Assembly (NCBI GenBank): GCA_024102725.1
Contig: JAGFJL010000047.1
Coordinates: 1-40,000, forward strand
Source: Nitrococcus mobilis
GTDB taxonomy: Bacteria; Pseudomonadota; Gammaproteobacteria; Nitrococcales; Nitrococcaceae
Length of the DNA: 40,000 nt
Direction: 5' to 3'
The notes beneath the pieces are model-generated. The model was given only the letters and a program-made list of their open reading frames with translations. It was not told where the DNA came from and did no database searches. Each line of letters opens with the position of its first letter. Position 1 is the stretch's first letter. Positions 26,029 through 34,786 of this stretch are shown in pieces. The translations under genes and the position numbers were made by a program.

Positions 26029-26319
26029 ATGACCCGGCGAAAGCGACGTAATCACTCCTCGGCATTCAAGGCGAAGGTGGCACTGGCGGCGTTGAAGGGC
26101 GAGCGCACGCTGGCAGAACTGGCCGAGCAGTTCGACGTTCACCCCAATCAGATCCAGGACTGGAAGCGGCGCCTGGTGGAAGGTGCCGAGGACGTGTTCG
26201 GTGGCAACGCGGTCAAGGCGCAGCACAACGAGAAGGAGGTAGAGAAGCTCCACGCCAAGATCGGGCAGCTGGCGATGGAGAACGATTTTTTGTCCAACGT
26301 GCTCGGGCGCGACCGATGA
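26029..26319 (+). CDS. IS3-family transposase orfA
   Basis: RBS AAGGAG precedes the start. MTRRKRRNHSSAFKAKVALAALKGERTLAELAEQFDVHPNQIQDWKRRL...KLHAKIGQLAMENDFL, an HTH plus leucine zipper. Confidence 0.8.
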   Translation: MTRRKRRNHSSAFKAKVALAALKGERTLAELAEQFDVHPNQIQDWKRRLVEGAEDVFGGNAVKAQHNEKEVEKLHAKIGQLAMENDFLSNVLGRDR

Positions 26320-26703
26320 GCGAGCGCCGAGCCCGAATTCACACCGAGCACGCGTTGGTGAAGACGCGTCGCTGCGCGTTGCTCAATGTGCCACGCTCGA
26401 GCGCCTACTACCGGCCCGCGCCGGCCTCGGCACGGGATTTGGCCCTGATGCGGGCCATCGACGAGATCCATCTGCGCTGGCCGTTCTATGGTAGCCGCCG
26501 ACTGCGCGACGAGATCCAGGGGCAAGGCCACGGGGTCAACCGCAAGCGTGTGCAGCGGCTGATGCGTCAGATGGGGTTGAGAGCGCTGTATCCGCGGCGT
26601 CGAACGAGCCGGCCGGGGAAAGCTCACAAGATTTATCCTTACTGCTGCGGGAGCTATCCATCGAGCGGGCGAACCAGGTCTGGGCGAGCGACGTCTGCTA
26701 TAG
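26316..26703 (+). pseudogene. IS3-family transposase orfB, frameshifted and truncated
   Basis: LALMRAIDEIHLRWPFYGSRRLRDEIQGQGHGVNRKRVQRLMRQMGLRALYPRRRTS...KIYPY is followed by a frame change at about 26635-26645. The next frame reads LLRELSIERANQVWASDVCY. The sequence ends before the DDE core. Confidence 0.8.
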
Positions 26704-28230
26704 CGCGCCCAGCCTCCGGAGGCAGTTGGAGACTGCTGCCGGGGCCTGAGCATGTCTGGAATGCATCTGGAGGATCAAGGAGAGAAATCTGAAGGATGCC
26801 TGCTCTTCGCTACGGGAGGGCGTGAGCCGAAGCGGCGGTGACCTGCTGCACGCTGGCAGGGTGACGTAGCCCGTGGGAAACGGGGCGTGAGGCGAAGCCG
26901 TTACGCCAAGATGCGCCCCTAGCTAAGCATTGGAAGGTTGAGGAACACGAACCGATTCATCCGCGTCTGTGGGCTGAAATGTCGCCTCCACCTACACGGC
27001 TTATCAGGTGGAGTACGCAAGAGGACGTGCAGAGGTAGCGTTCCGTCCTCCCGAACCCGGCGTACATGTAGGTCGTCGGGTGAGTGGCCACGGGGAGTGC
27101 GTAGCTAGGCCGTGGCGAGTGCGTACCGACTTGCGGCAAGCAAGGATAAAGACTGCGATCGGCAGCCTCACCAATGCGCTGGAGTCCGGCATGTGGACTG
27201 GGGAAGGTCTGTTCGGGATGCAAAGGGAGTGTGGCCCCGATGCCCGGCAGGCTGGCGGAGCCTCCGTAGTAGTCCGAGCTGGGAAGAGCCCGGCACATGG
27301 CGCAGGGAGGCAATTCGAGTGGCTTGTGCGGCTGATTAGCTGACCGTAGAGAGGTGAAGACCTTTGATAATCGGTGAAATGCAGCGCAAGTTGGCAACGT
27401 GGTCAGCAGCCGAGCCGGAGCGTCGGTTCCACCGGCTGCTACGAGTGATTGCACAGCGGAGCTGGCTGCAAGAGGCGGCGCGTATCACGCTGGCCTCAGG
27501 TGGCGCGAATACCGCGGGCATCGACGGAGTAGACAAGCGGACAATGGAGCGTGATCCCCTTCAGCACCTGGAGGCGATCCGCGCCGAGTTGCTCGCGGGG
27601 GAGTATCAACCTCTGCCGGCGAGGCGCGTCTATATCCCGAAGGCCAACGGCAAACAGCGACCGCTGGGATTCCGATTTTGCGCGACCGGATCGTGCAGCG
27701 CGCGATGCTGATGGCTATGGAGCCGATCTGGGAGAGCGACTTTCATCGTCTCTCTTATGGGTTTCGCCCTGAGCGCAGCGTGCATCACGCGATTCGGACC
27801 GTGAAACTTCAGTTGCAGGACGGCAACACGACGGTGGGTCGTTGGGTCATCGAAGGTGATCTGGCGAGCTGCTTCTCAAGGCAGGTCATATCGACAGGGA
27901 TCTGTTTCAGGCGGCCAGTGCGGGCGTTCCGCAAGGAGGCGTGCTCTCACCACTGCTCTCGAACATCATGCTCCATGAATTCGACCAGTGGGTCGAGCGG
28001 CGCTACCTGAGTGGCAAGGCACGCAAGGACCGCTGGGCCTGGAACTTCGGTATCCAGAAACAGCGCCCCATCGCGCTGCGCGAGGGCCGGCAGTGGAAGC
28101 CGGCGGTGGCCTACTGCCGTTATGCCGATGACTTCGTCGTCATCGTCAAAGGCACGAAGTCACATGCCGAGGCCATCCGCGAGGAATGCCGCAAGGCCGA
28201 GCGCAATGAACTGTCCAAGCTGGTGCAGGT
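26704..28230 (+). mobile_element. group II intron remnant (5' ribozyme region plus decayed RT ORF; 3' domains missing)
   Basis: The IS3 orfB homology stops at ...TGCTATA, and GCGCGCCCAGCC follows; this differs by one base from the GUGCG intron 5' consensus. About 670 nt of structured-looking non-coding sequence precede the RT ORF. The RT is cut off after the YADD block, and no domain V/VI-like sequence follows. Boundaries are approximate. Confidence 0.65.
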
Positions 28231-28258
28231 GCTGGTACGGGCTTGGATCAAGAGGTGA
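27379..28258 (+). pseudogene. group II intron reverse transcriptase/maturase, frameshifted, internally deleted, 3'-truncated
   Basis: MQRKLATWSAAEPERRFHRLLRVI, GGANTAGIDGV and YIPKANGKQRPLG are followed by a frame loss at about 27667-27672; GIPILRDRIVQRAM is restored by adding one A. Then SYGFRPERSVHHAI and EGDLASCF, a deletion at about 27870-27876, then AGVPQGGVLSPLLSNIMLHEFD and YCRYADDFVVIV (the YADD motif). There is no thumb/X or En domain. Confidence 0.85.
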
Positions 28259-28265
28259 TTCTGTC

Positions 28266-28550
28266 ATGGGTAGCGGATTCGATAGCATCAAGACCGGCCT
28301 GGAAGAGGCCATCGACCACGCCAAGGGTGGCAAAACGCACGCCCGCATCTACCGGCCGGAACCCGTGGACGTGATGGCGCTGCGCCGGCGCCTCGGTATG
28401 ACACAGGAGCAGTTTGCGGCGCGCTTCGGCGTCTCCGTAGCGACGCTACGTCACTGGGAACGTGGAGATCGTGTTCCCCACGGGCCAGCCTTGGTGCTGC
28501 TCAATCTGATTGACCGCGAACCGCAGGCTGTGATGCGGGCGCTCGGTTGA
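28266..28550 (+). CDS. XRE-family HTH antitoxin-like protein (HigA-type), no cognate toxin present
   Basis: MGSGFDSIKTGLEEAIDHAKGGK...DVMALRRRLGMTQEQFAARFGVSVATLRHWERGDRVPHGPALVLLNLIDREPQAVMRAL is the common antitoxin pattern LGxxQxxFAxxFGxSxxTLRxWExG. The upstream sequence is the intron RT remnant, not a toxin gene. Confidence 0.7.
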   Translation: MGSGFDSIKTGLEEAIDHAKGGKTHARIYRPEPVDVMALRRRLGMTQEQFAARFGVSVATLRHWERGDRVPHGPALVLLNLIDREPQAVMRALG

Positions 28551-28699
28551 AAATAACGCTGTAGCTGTCGCCATCCCAGCCACCCGCTCGCCATGCTCGG
28601 ACGTGACGGTCGCAACCGACCCAAAGGCGCCATTCCCCATCATCAGACCTGCGCCTCAGAGCCGCTCGCAGTTGCGCTCGGTCCACGTGTCAGGAGCCA

Positions 28700-28950
28700 C
28701 CCGCAAAAGGCCATCGATTCATTCTCGGATGGCGGCACGCGTAGCTTCCGTGACCCCGAATAGCCCAGGCCGTTAGGTCTTAGATTGGATCACTGTTGCC
28801 CGAGGCAGAGGATCGTCATTGTGCATGACGTCGCGGACGCGTAGACGGACCAAGTCGCAGCTTCGAAGCTTGCTGTCGATACGGTCTCTTGGGACGCGGC
28901 CCGTCAGCGGCTGGACCAGCGTCGGCGCTCTGTCGATCGGTGGAATGGGC
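28700..28950 (-). pseudogene. tyrosine recombinase/integrase remnant with in-frame stops
   Basis: The minus strand reads ...GRVPRDRIDSKLRSCDLVRLRVRDVMHNDDPLPRATVIQSKT*RPGLFGVTEATRAAIRE*. This resembles the N-terminal LRxxDLvxLrvxDv...Q.KTgrPv.fE.T..Tr block of a small integrase family. It has two stops and an apparent small deletion. The catalytic C-terminus was not found. Confidence 0.45.
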
Positions 28951-29188
28951 GCCGTTCACGCAACAGGCTGGATCCTTGGTCCCGACCCGGCAACGGTCGC
29001 GGGAAACGAGCACACTGATCCCCACCATCGCGCTGGTTGAGCTCGTCAGGGAGCCGCACAGCGGTTGTTTGCCCGTTGTCCTCATGTAAGCTCTCCACCC
29101 CGGTAACGGTATACACGTCAGTGATGACGGCGGGCAGAAAGCAAGCACCGGGGCCGCTCGAGGATTAGTGCTGTTCGCCACCACGGTG

Positions 29189-29985
29189 CTACTCGGCCGT
29201 GACCTGCGCACGCAACGCGGTGCGCGCCTGCTCGGGCGACATCGAGTTGAACTCCTTGGCCACCAGCTGGACGCCCGTGATACCCGCGGAACCGTCAGAG
29301 GCGAGCCACACCGCGGCCGGAGCGATGACCTCGGGAGCCGACCACGGAGCATGCGCCTTGATGTAGTCCGGCATCTTGTTCGGCCCGAACAGGTGGGTGT
29401 CGACCATGCCTCCGGGCGTGAGGCAGTTCACCCGTACCTGCCGCTTGGCAGTCTCTGCGGCGGCGATTCTGACCAGCACGTCCACGCAGGCCTTGCTCAC
29501 CGCGTAGAAGCCCGAACCCGTCCCGGCGCTGCGCCCGAGCTTCGAGCCGATGGCGATGAAGCTCGCACCTGCCTGCATGACCGGCAGCGCGGCCTTCATA
29601 CACAGCCATACGCCGATTGCGTTGACGCGGAACAGCTGCTCGACGACGTCGAGGTCGTAGGTCTCCAGCGTGGTCATGGGCTTGTCCGTCAGCCCGGGGA
29701 GCGCAGTGCCCGCATTGGCCACAAAGACATCCAGGTGTCCGAGCCGGTCGACGGTGGTGCGCACCAGCCTGTCGACCTGGGCCTCGTCAGTGACATCGGT
29801 CGGCACGACTTCGGCCCGTGCGGACCTGCCTGCCGGCACGCGGTGGCCACGCGGTCCAGGTCATCGCGCGTGCGGGCGGCGAGCACGACTGCGGCCCCTT
29901 CGGCGGCGAATCCGGCAACAATAGCCTCGCCGAGACCTCGACTCGCGCCGGTGACGACCGCGACTTTACCATCCAGCTTGCCCAT
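29189..29985 (-). pseudogene. short-chain dehydrogenase/reductase (SDR), frameshifted
   Basis: RBS AAGGGA, then MGKLDGKVAVVTGASRGLGEAIVAGFAAEGAAVVLAAR (the TGxxxGxG motif). The frame is lost after ACRQAG at about 29830-29836. It continues as SARAEVVPTDVTDEAQVDRLV...VFVANAG...YAVSKA (the YxxxK motif). One missing base explains the shift. Confidence 0.8.
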
Positions 29986-30441
29986 AAGGTATCCCTTCGC
30001 ACGATGAACGACCTGCACCCCGGCTCAGTTTGTCTTGCGATTCCGGGGCTCCACCGGTTTTTGGCCCAAGAGGCGTGCTGCCCCCCTGTGAGGGGGGTCA
30101 AACGAGAGCCGATCAACCGCAACCACAGTTAGGAGAAGGCCAAAAGTCCTGAAAAGGTCAAGTGCCTATCACTCACCACTTCCATCTGCAACGAATCGAG
30201 TCCAGCGTGAACCAGTTGCCTTTGGTGCGGCCCCTCTCTCGGTCAGCACATTGAGCAGCAGATGACGCCGGACTGAGCCTGGTGCTCAGCCCGCCGCGCC
30301 TTCTAACCCCGCCCTAGGGCACGGCGACTTCCGGCGCACCCCAGTAATCGAGTGCCCGCGCAAGGTATGAATCAGAGCCTCATCCGCAATGCGGAGGGCA
30401 TCGCTTTTCGGCCCGCTTTGAATGCATCGAGGAGTCCGGCC

Positions 30442-30726
30442 TCATGTGACCGCGAGATCGGCCTTGTATAGCCCGCGAGTCTTGGTGTTGCAAAGAGGAC
30501 ATTTCTTCACGCCCTGAGCAAAATAGGGGTCAACCGTACTTTTGATCCAGTCGATGGGGTTCAACACAGACAGTAATGTCCCCCAGAAGCTCTTCGTCGA
30601 GCATTTGTAGCATAGGTAATGGTCTGAGGCGCACATCAAGCCGGACGCCCGGCCCTCCTTGATGTGATGATCCTTGCCGCAGCGGTCGCATCGACGCATG
30701 ATTTCGGCCATATCGTCTGGCCTCAC
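30442..30726 (-). CDS. small Cys-rich zinc-ribbon protein (hypothetical)
   Basis: 94 aa with CDRCG, CYKCS and CPLCN pairs. It starts 31 nt downstream of the PH-domain gene on the same strand, in locally lower-GC DNA. The start could instead be the MAEIM at 30711. Confidence 0.55.
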   Translation of the reverse strand: MRPDDMAEIMRRCDRCGKDHHIKEGRASGLMCASDHYLCYKCSTKSFWGTLLSVLNPIDWIKSTVDPYFAQGVKKCPLCNTKTRGLYKADLAVT

Positions 30727-30757
30727 TTTGTCTTGCTATGTGGGGGTTTGCGCTGGC

Positions 30758-31258
30758 TCACACGGGCTGCTGCGGCGATGCAGACGCTCCGACAGCCGAT
30801 TGTCCGCTCGCCTCAACGGCACCGTTCTGGGCGCGCCGGAACTCCAGCGGTGCGCGTATTCGTGGGATGGGAGTGCTCACAGAACCCGTGCCACGCACCA
30901 CAAGAGTGCCATAGTTTAATAGGCGTCCGAGCATGCCCTGACTGATGTTGAGGCTCTCGACCTTACTGTGATTGAGCTCTACGGTGTGACGCCCGATAAA
31001 GCCGAACTTCGCGATCACGCGCTGATTGTTCACTGCCAGTTCGTTGGAGCTGTAGCTGAGCACTGCTCGCAAGACCAGCAAACCTCCGATGATTAGGACA
31101 GATATCCCAAAGTCACTCAATTTGCTACCGCCGCCGGAGACGATGAAATAGAGGCCGAATACACAGACGATTGTCGACACCGCAAAAACAATAGGGTGTT
31201 GGTGCCCCCGATGTATCAACCGCTCACCGTCCATAAGATTATTACCGATATACGCCAT
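30758..31258 (-). CDS. membrane protein with bacterial PH domain (bPH_2/YdbT-like)
   Basis: I take the start at MAYIGNNLMDGERLIHRGH (ATG at 31258), not the longer ORF. Two hydrophobic helices (PIVFAVSTIVCVFGLYFIV, FGISVLIIGGLLVLRAVL) are followed by ELAVNNQRVIAKFGFIGRHTVELNHSKVESLNISQGMLGRLLNYGTLVVRGTG, which is typical of bPH_2. Confidence 0.7.
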   Translation of the reverse strand: MAYIGNNLMDGERLIHRGHQHPIVFAVSTIVCVFGLYFIVSGGGSKLSDFGISVLIIGGLLVLRAVLSYSSNELAVNNQRVIAKFGFIGRHTVELNHSKVESLNISQGMLGRLLNYGTLVVRGTGSVSTPIPRIRAPLEFRRAQNGAVEASGQSAVGASASPQQPV

Positions 31259-31593
31259 TGCCGCAGCCACTTTCTTGTTGTTTGGTAAATCACTTTGCTT
31301 TAAGCCTGTGTTTAGCACAGATTTTATCTCACGTAACTTAGTAAAGGGTGCTGCAGAGTCAGGGGTACCGCCGGTAGGGTCATGGGTGCGGCCGCTCCTG
31401 GCCGTATGCCGCCATATCCGCGGGTGCGGCTGGGGCACGCGCTCAGTTGCTAGGCAACCCTGGAGGCGCGTGAATTACCACGCTCGTCGTAGGATTCCAC
31501 AGCTTCATCCGCCGTCATTGTGAACAAGCCAGTACATCGCTACGTGGCGCTGCGTTTCCGGCCTATCCGGGCTTCAATGCTAGGTGACAACGG

Positions 31594-32100
31594 TCACTTA
31601 CGATACACGCAGGTGTCAGCTATGGCTTCCGGAACCGCGGCGATGCCGCCGTGCGACTTGATGTATGCCCAGTCCTTTGCCGACATAGGTGCTCCGGCGT
31701 CGCAGTAGGTCAGCCATGCTGAGGCAATGGGCGCATCCTCAACCCCACCCTGATCTGATCCGTCTATGGCCTGTTCAGGCTGTGCACCCTCGTTCTGACT
31801 GCTGTGTACTGGCGACACGCCAGCCGTTTGCGGTCGGCGCACCCGCGCCGACGGTCCGAGTTCACGCCGCCGCCCACTAAGCGCATGGCGGTAATTACCC
31901 ACCCGGGCGACGACTGTGTGGGGGTCGAGGTCTATCCACTCGACTCGCGCATACAGGTCGCGTCGGCCACTCTCCAGCGCTCGCATCGGCTTGACAACAA
32001 CCTCTTCCGGTACCTCGGGCTGCGCCGCGCAGCCGGTGAGAACGGACAGCGCGTTTGCGGCGATAGCGAGTGCGGCGAGGTAGCGGGTATGGCAAGTCAT
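31594..32100 (-). CDS. lipoprotein (hypothetical), divergent from traI
   Basis: Signal peptide plus lipobox: MTCHTRYLAALAIAANALSVLTGC. 168 aa. Confidence 0.65.
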   Translation of the reverse strand: MTCHTRYLAALAIAANALSVLTGCAAQPEVPEEVVVKPMRALESGRRDLYARVEWIDLDPHTVVARVGNYRHALSGRRRELGPSARVRRPQTAGVSPVHSSQNEGAQPEQAIDGSDQGGVEDAPIASAWLTYCDAGAPMSAKDWAYIKSHGGIAAVPEAIADTCVYRK

Positions 32101-32233
32101 GATCCTGGCTCCAGCGATGCAAGGTGATCAGGCCATGCTAGCCAAGCCAACGGATCACTTGGCCAGGAAACACCCCTTCGTATGGTCACGGTTTGCACGC
32201 CCGTGCCGACGCTCGCCGGGGCACCATGGGTGC

Positions 32234-34675
32234 ATGCTGAGGCAGCTTCTCTCCCTCCGGCTCCGCCGCCCCGTCCTGATTGACGAGGAGGACACGCCGC
32301 GTTATCCGCCGTTTATGCGCGGACTGCCGGCCAGCTCGGTGGACAAGCTGCTCACCAGTCAGGACGAGCTCATTGGCCGATTGCGGCAGGCCGTCGGCGT
32401 CTCCGACAGGCTCTTCAATGGCGTGTACCAACCGCTGATTCGGCGCTACGCGGCTTACGTCCACCTCCTGCCGGCAAGTGAGGCGCATCATCATCGCGGT
32501 GCCGGCGGGCTGTTGCGTCACGGCTTGGAGGTAGCGCTGTGGGCGGTGCAGGGCGCCGATCGGGTGATGTTCGCAATGGGCGAGACGCCGGCCCGGCGCC
32601 GCGAGCTGGAGCCGCGCTGGCGTTGCGGGGTGTTTCTTGCCGCGCTAGCGCATGATCTCGGCAAGCCGCTCTCCGATGTGCGGATTATAGATGAGAGCGG
32701 TCGCCACGAGTGGGGCGGGCAGGGTGAGGATCTGGCCGAGTGGCTCGGTCGCATCGGCGCCCGACGCTACTTCCTCCAATGGCGCACCCGGCGCCACCAG
32801 CGCCACGAATCGCTCACGCCGCTCGTACTGCCGCACATCATCCCGCGAGCCACCTTGGACTACCTCCAGACCGCCGGCCCCGAACTCTATGAGCAGATTC
32901 TGTTCTCGATCAGCTCGCGCGACTTCCAGGCTCGCGACCAGGAGCACAACCTAATCTTTAAGCTGGTGCGCGAGGCCGATCAGCACAGCACGCGCAAGGA
33001 CATCGGCGATCCGGTGGCGGCGGGGCTGCCGGGTGCGCTCGGCGTGCCGCTGGAGCGCTACCTGATGGATGCCATGCGCCGGCTCGTGCGCGAGCGGCGG
33101 TGGCTGTGCAATCAGCCGGGTGCACGGCTGTGGGTAATCGCCGACAGTCTGTTCGTAGTCTGGCCCGCCGGCGCCGACGACATCGTGCGCGCGCTCGCCA
33201 GGGACAAGGCGCCCGGCATCCCGCGCCACCCCGACAGCCTTGCCGATGTGCTGCTCGACCGGGGACTCGCGGTCGCCTTCGAGGAGACCGGCCAGCGTGC
33301 ACGGATGTGGCCGATCCAGCCTGCACCCCTGCGTGAACGCAATCCCGGCGTAGTGCTGCATGCCTTGCGGCTCGATGCCAATGCCGGCGTATTCGACGAG
33401 CGACCGGCGTCGGTCGAGGGCCGCCTGGGCATTGATCTGCTGGACGACGTATCACCGGCGGCCACCGAGTCCCGGACCGACGCCCAGGAGGCGCCAACCA
33501 GCGAGCAGGACAATGTGTCGCACCCGTACGCTGGCGCGGGTGACCTGGAGGAACCAAACCCGGCGGAAGCCGAGACCGCCGGTGCCGCGTCGGGGTCGGG
33601 CGAACGGCATAACGACGAGCAATCGCCGACGAACGAGCTAGGCAGCTTGCAGCGCGTAGCACACATGCCATCCACGCGAGAGTCCGAGTCGGGCATCGAC
33701 AGGCCGAGCCCGACCAACCGCCGGAGACGGCCCGGCAGCACGGGCCCCGCGCAAACTTCCGACTGGGCACCCGAGCCTGGCCACAGCCCGCCAACAGGGA
33801 GCAACGCCAATGAAGCAACTCGATCGAGCACCGCAGCCCGGCGGCCCGAAGCGCCCACTAAAGCGCCGTCAGAAGTGGCCGCCGGATCGCAATCGGCACG
33901 CCAGAGCCCCGCGGAGCAAGCCCGAGACGCCGCGGACGCCCGGGACTGGTTCGCCCGCCGCGGGCACGCCGGAGCGATAATCGGAGCGCTTGCCGAGGAC
34001 TTCGCCGACGGCGCCAAACGTTGGGGCGAGCATGGCGTGTACATGCGCGATGGCGCCGTCGCCATCCGCCACCCGGAGGGATGGGCCGGCGCGGGCGTGG
34101 CTGGAAAAGAGATACTGCCGCTGCTCGTCGAAGCCGGCTGGGTGGCGATCGATCCGTTTCAGCCGATGAAGAAGGTCCGCGAGGTCGAAGGCTTTACCGG
34201 GCTAAAGGGCGCGAGCCGGCAATCAGCGCTGGTGCTTATCGACGAAGTGAGCGCCAGGGTTATTGAGATTGCCGGGGCCACCGCTGCTCCGTCTGCCACA
34301 GCCGCGCGAACACGGCCGACAGGCCCGGCGCCGACCAAGGCCCGGACGTTTCCCGCGACTTCCGCGAGCAAGGGGAGGGCGCCGCGTGCGGCAAGCAGCC
34401 GTCCGGCGCGTGTTGAGCCGCTCACCAGTGATGCCGTGTTGGCGGCACTTCATGACCTGATAGAGGCGGACGTCCCGAGCCTGGCACATCGGCGTGACGG
34501 CGAGCGTCTGCGCATTCCTTATGCCGAGGCCGTTACGGCGATAGCCTTGCGGCTCGGCCTCTCGCGCTCCAAGGCGATGCAGGCGCTAAGCGGTCTGCGC
34601 GCCGGCGAGGGTGAGCGTGAGATTGTCATCCCGGCTCGCCGAGCACGGCGAGCGCGCCCGCCTACGGACGGGTGA
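32234..34675 (+). CDS. traI: MobH-family relaxase TraI (HD-domain relaxase of SXT/R391-type ICEs)
   Basis: LLPASEAHHHRGAGGLLRHGLEVALWAV and LAALAHDLGKPLSDV are the MobH HD-type metal site. A long Pro/Ser/Ala-rich disordered linker occupies about aa 430-620 of the ORF. I take the start at MLRQLLSL (ATG at 32234), not at 32099, which would overlap the divergent lipoprotein gene. Confidence 0.8.
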   Translation: MLRQLLSLRLRRPVLIDEEDTPRYPPFMRGLPASSVDKLLTSQDELIGRLRQAVGVSDRLFNGVYQPLIRRYAAYVHLLPASEAHHHRGAGGLLRHGLEVALWAVQGADRVMFAMGETPARRRELEPRWRCGVFLAALAHDLGKPLSDVRIIDESGRHEWGGQGEDLAEWLGRIGARRYFLQWRTRRHQRHESLTPLVLPHIIPRATLDYLQTAGPELYEQILFSISSRDFQARDQEHNLIFKLVREADQHSTRKDIGDPVAAGLPGALGVPLERYLMDAMRRLVRERRWLCNQPGARLWVIADSLFVVWPAGADDIVRALARDKAPGIPRHPDSLADVLLDRGLAVAFEETGQRARMWPIQPAPLRERNPGVVLHALRLDANAGVFDERPASVEGRLGIDLLDDVSPAATESRTDAQEAPTSEQDNVSHPYAGAGDLEEPNPAEAETAGAASGSGERHNDEQSPTNELGSLQRVAHMPSTRESESGIDRPSPTNRRRRPGSTGPAQTSDWAPEPGHSPPTGSNANEATRSSTAARRPEAPTKAPSEVAAGSQSARQSPAEQARDAADARDWFARRGHAGAIIGALAEDFADGAKRWGEHGVYMRDGAVAIRHPEGWAGAGVAGKEILPLLVEAGWVAIDPFQPMKKVREVEGFTGLKGASRQSALVLIDEVSARVIEIAGATAAPSATAARTRPTGPAPTKARTFPATSASKGRAPRAASSRPARVEPLTSDAVLAALHDLIEADVPSLAHRRDGERLRIPYAEAVTAIALRLGLSRSKAMQALSGLRAGEGEREIVIPARRARRARPPTDG

Positions 34676-34786
34676 TGCCGGACTCGCTCGGGAACACTCC
34701 GTCTGGCGTCGGCCGTTTCGCCCCTTGCACGTATGTGGCATTCCCTAGACTGGTGCCTCAAGTGAGAAAACACCACTGGAGCACCC

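Larger units (their letters stand above)
25932..26703 (+). mobile_element. IS3-family (IS3-group-like) element, left part only; right part replaced by a group II intron remnant
   Basis: The candidate IRL TGAACTGCC...GACTGGACAGGG...GCTAAGTGG at about 25932 resembles the IS3 left end as I recall it. It is followed by orfA and the N-terminal half of orfB. The boundary is uncertain by about 15 bp. Confidence 0.65.

Noticed and set aside
28011-28265. Long version (179 aa) of the antitoxin ORF starting at 28011
   Set aside because: The 5' 255 nt overlap the RT remnant in another frame and translate to Arg/Ser/Pro-rich sequence. Homology to HTH antitoxins begins at the ATG at 28266.
29168-30007. 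279-aa + strand ORF, and the 28816-29352 minus-strand ORF, around the SDR locus
   Set aside because: The first is antisense to the SDR, whose TGxxxGxG and YxxxK motifs are on the minus strand. The second is out of frame with the SDR and is Arg/Ser/Pro-rich.
30081-30097. Perfect GC hairpin CCCCCCT-GTG-AGGGGGG
   Set aside because: It lies upstream of the SDR start rather than downstream of any gene. No T-tract follows it and no second copy occurs in the window, so it is not supportable as a terminator, REP element or IS end.
32099-32233. Upstream extension of traI to the ATG at 32099
   Set aside because: It would overlap the divergent lipoprotein start and adds 45 residues with no MobH similarity. 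MLRQLL at 32234 fits the family N-terminus better.
32958-34065. Minus-strand ORFs of 286 and 317 aa antisense to traI
   Set aside because: They are Arg/Pro/Ala-rich and low in complexity, and they lie opposite the well-supported MobH relaxase ORF. They are high-GC antisense artefacts.
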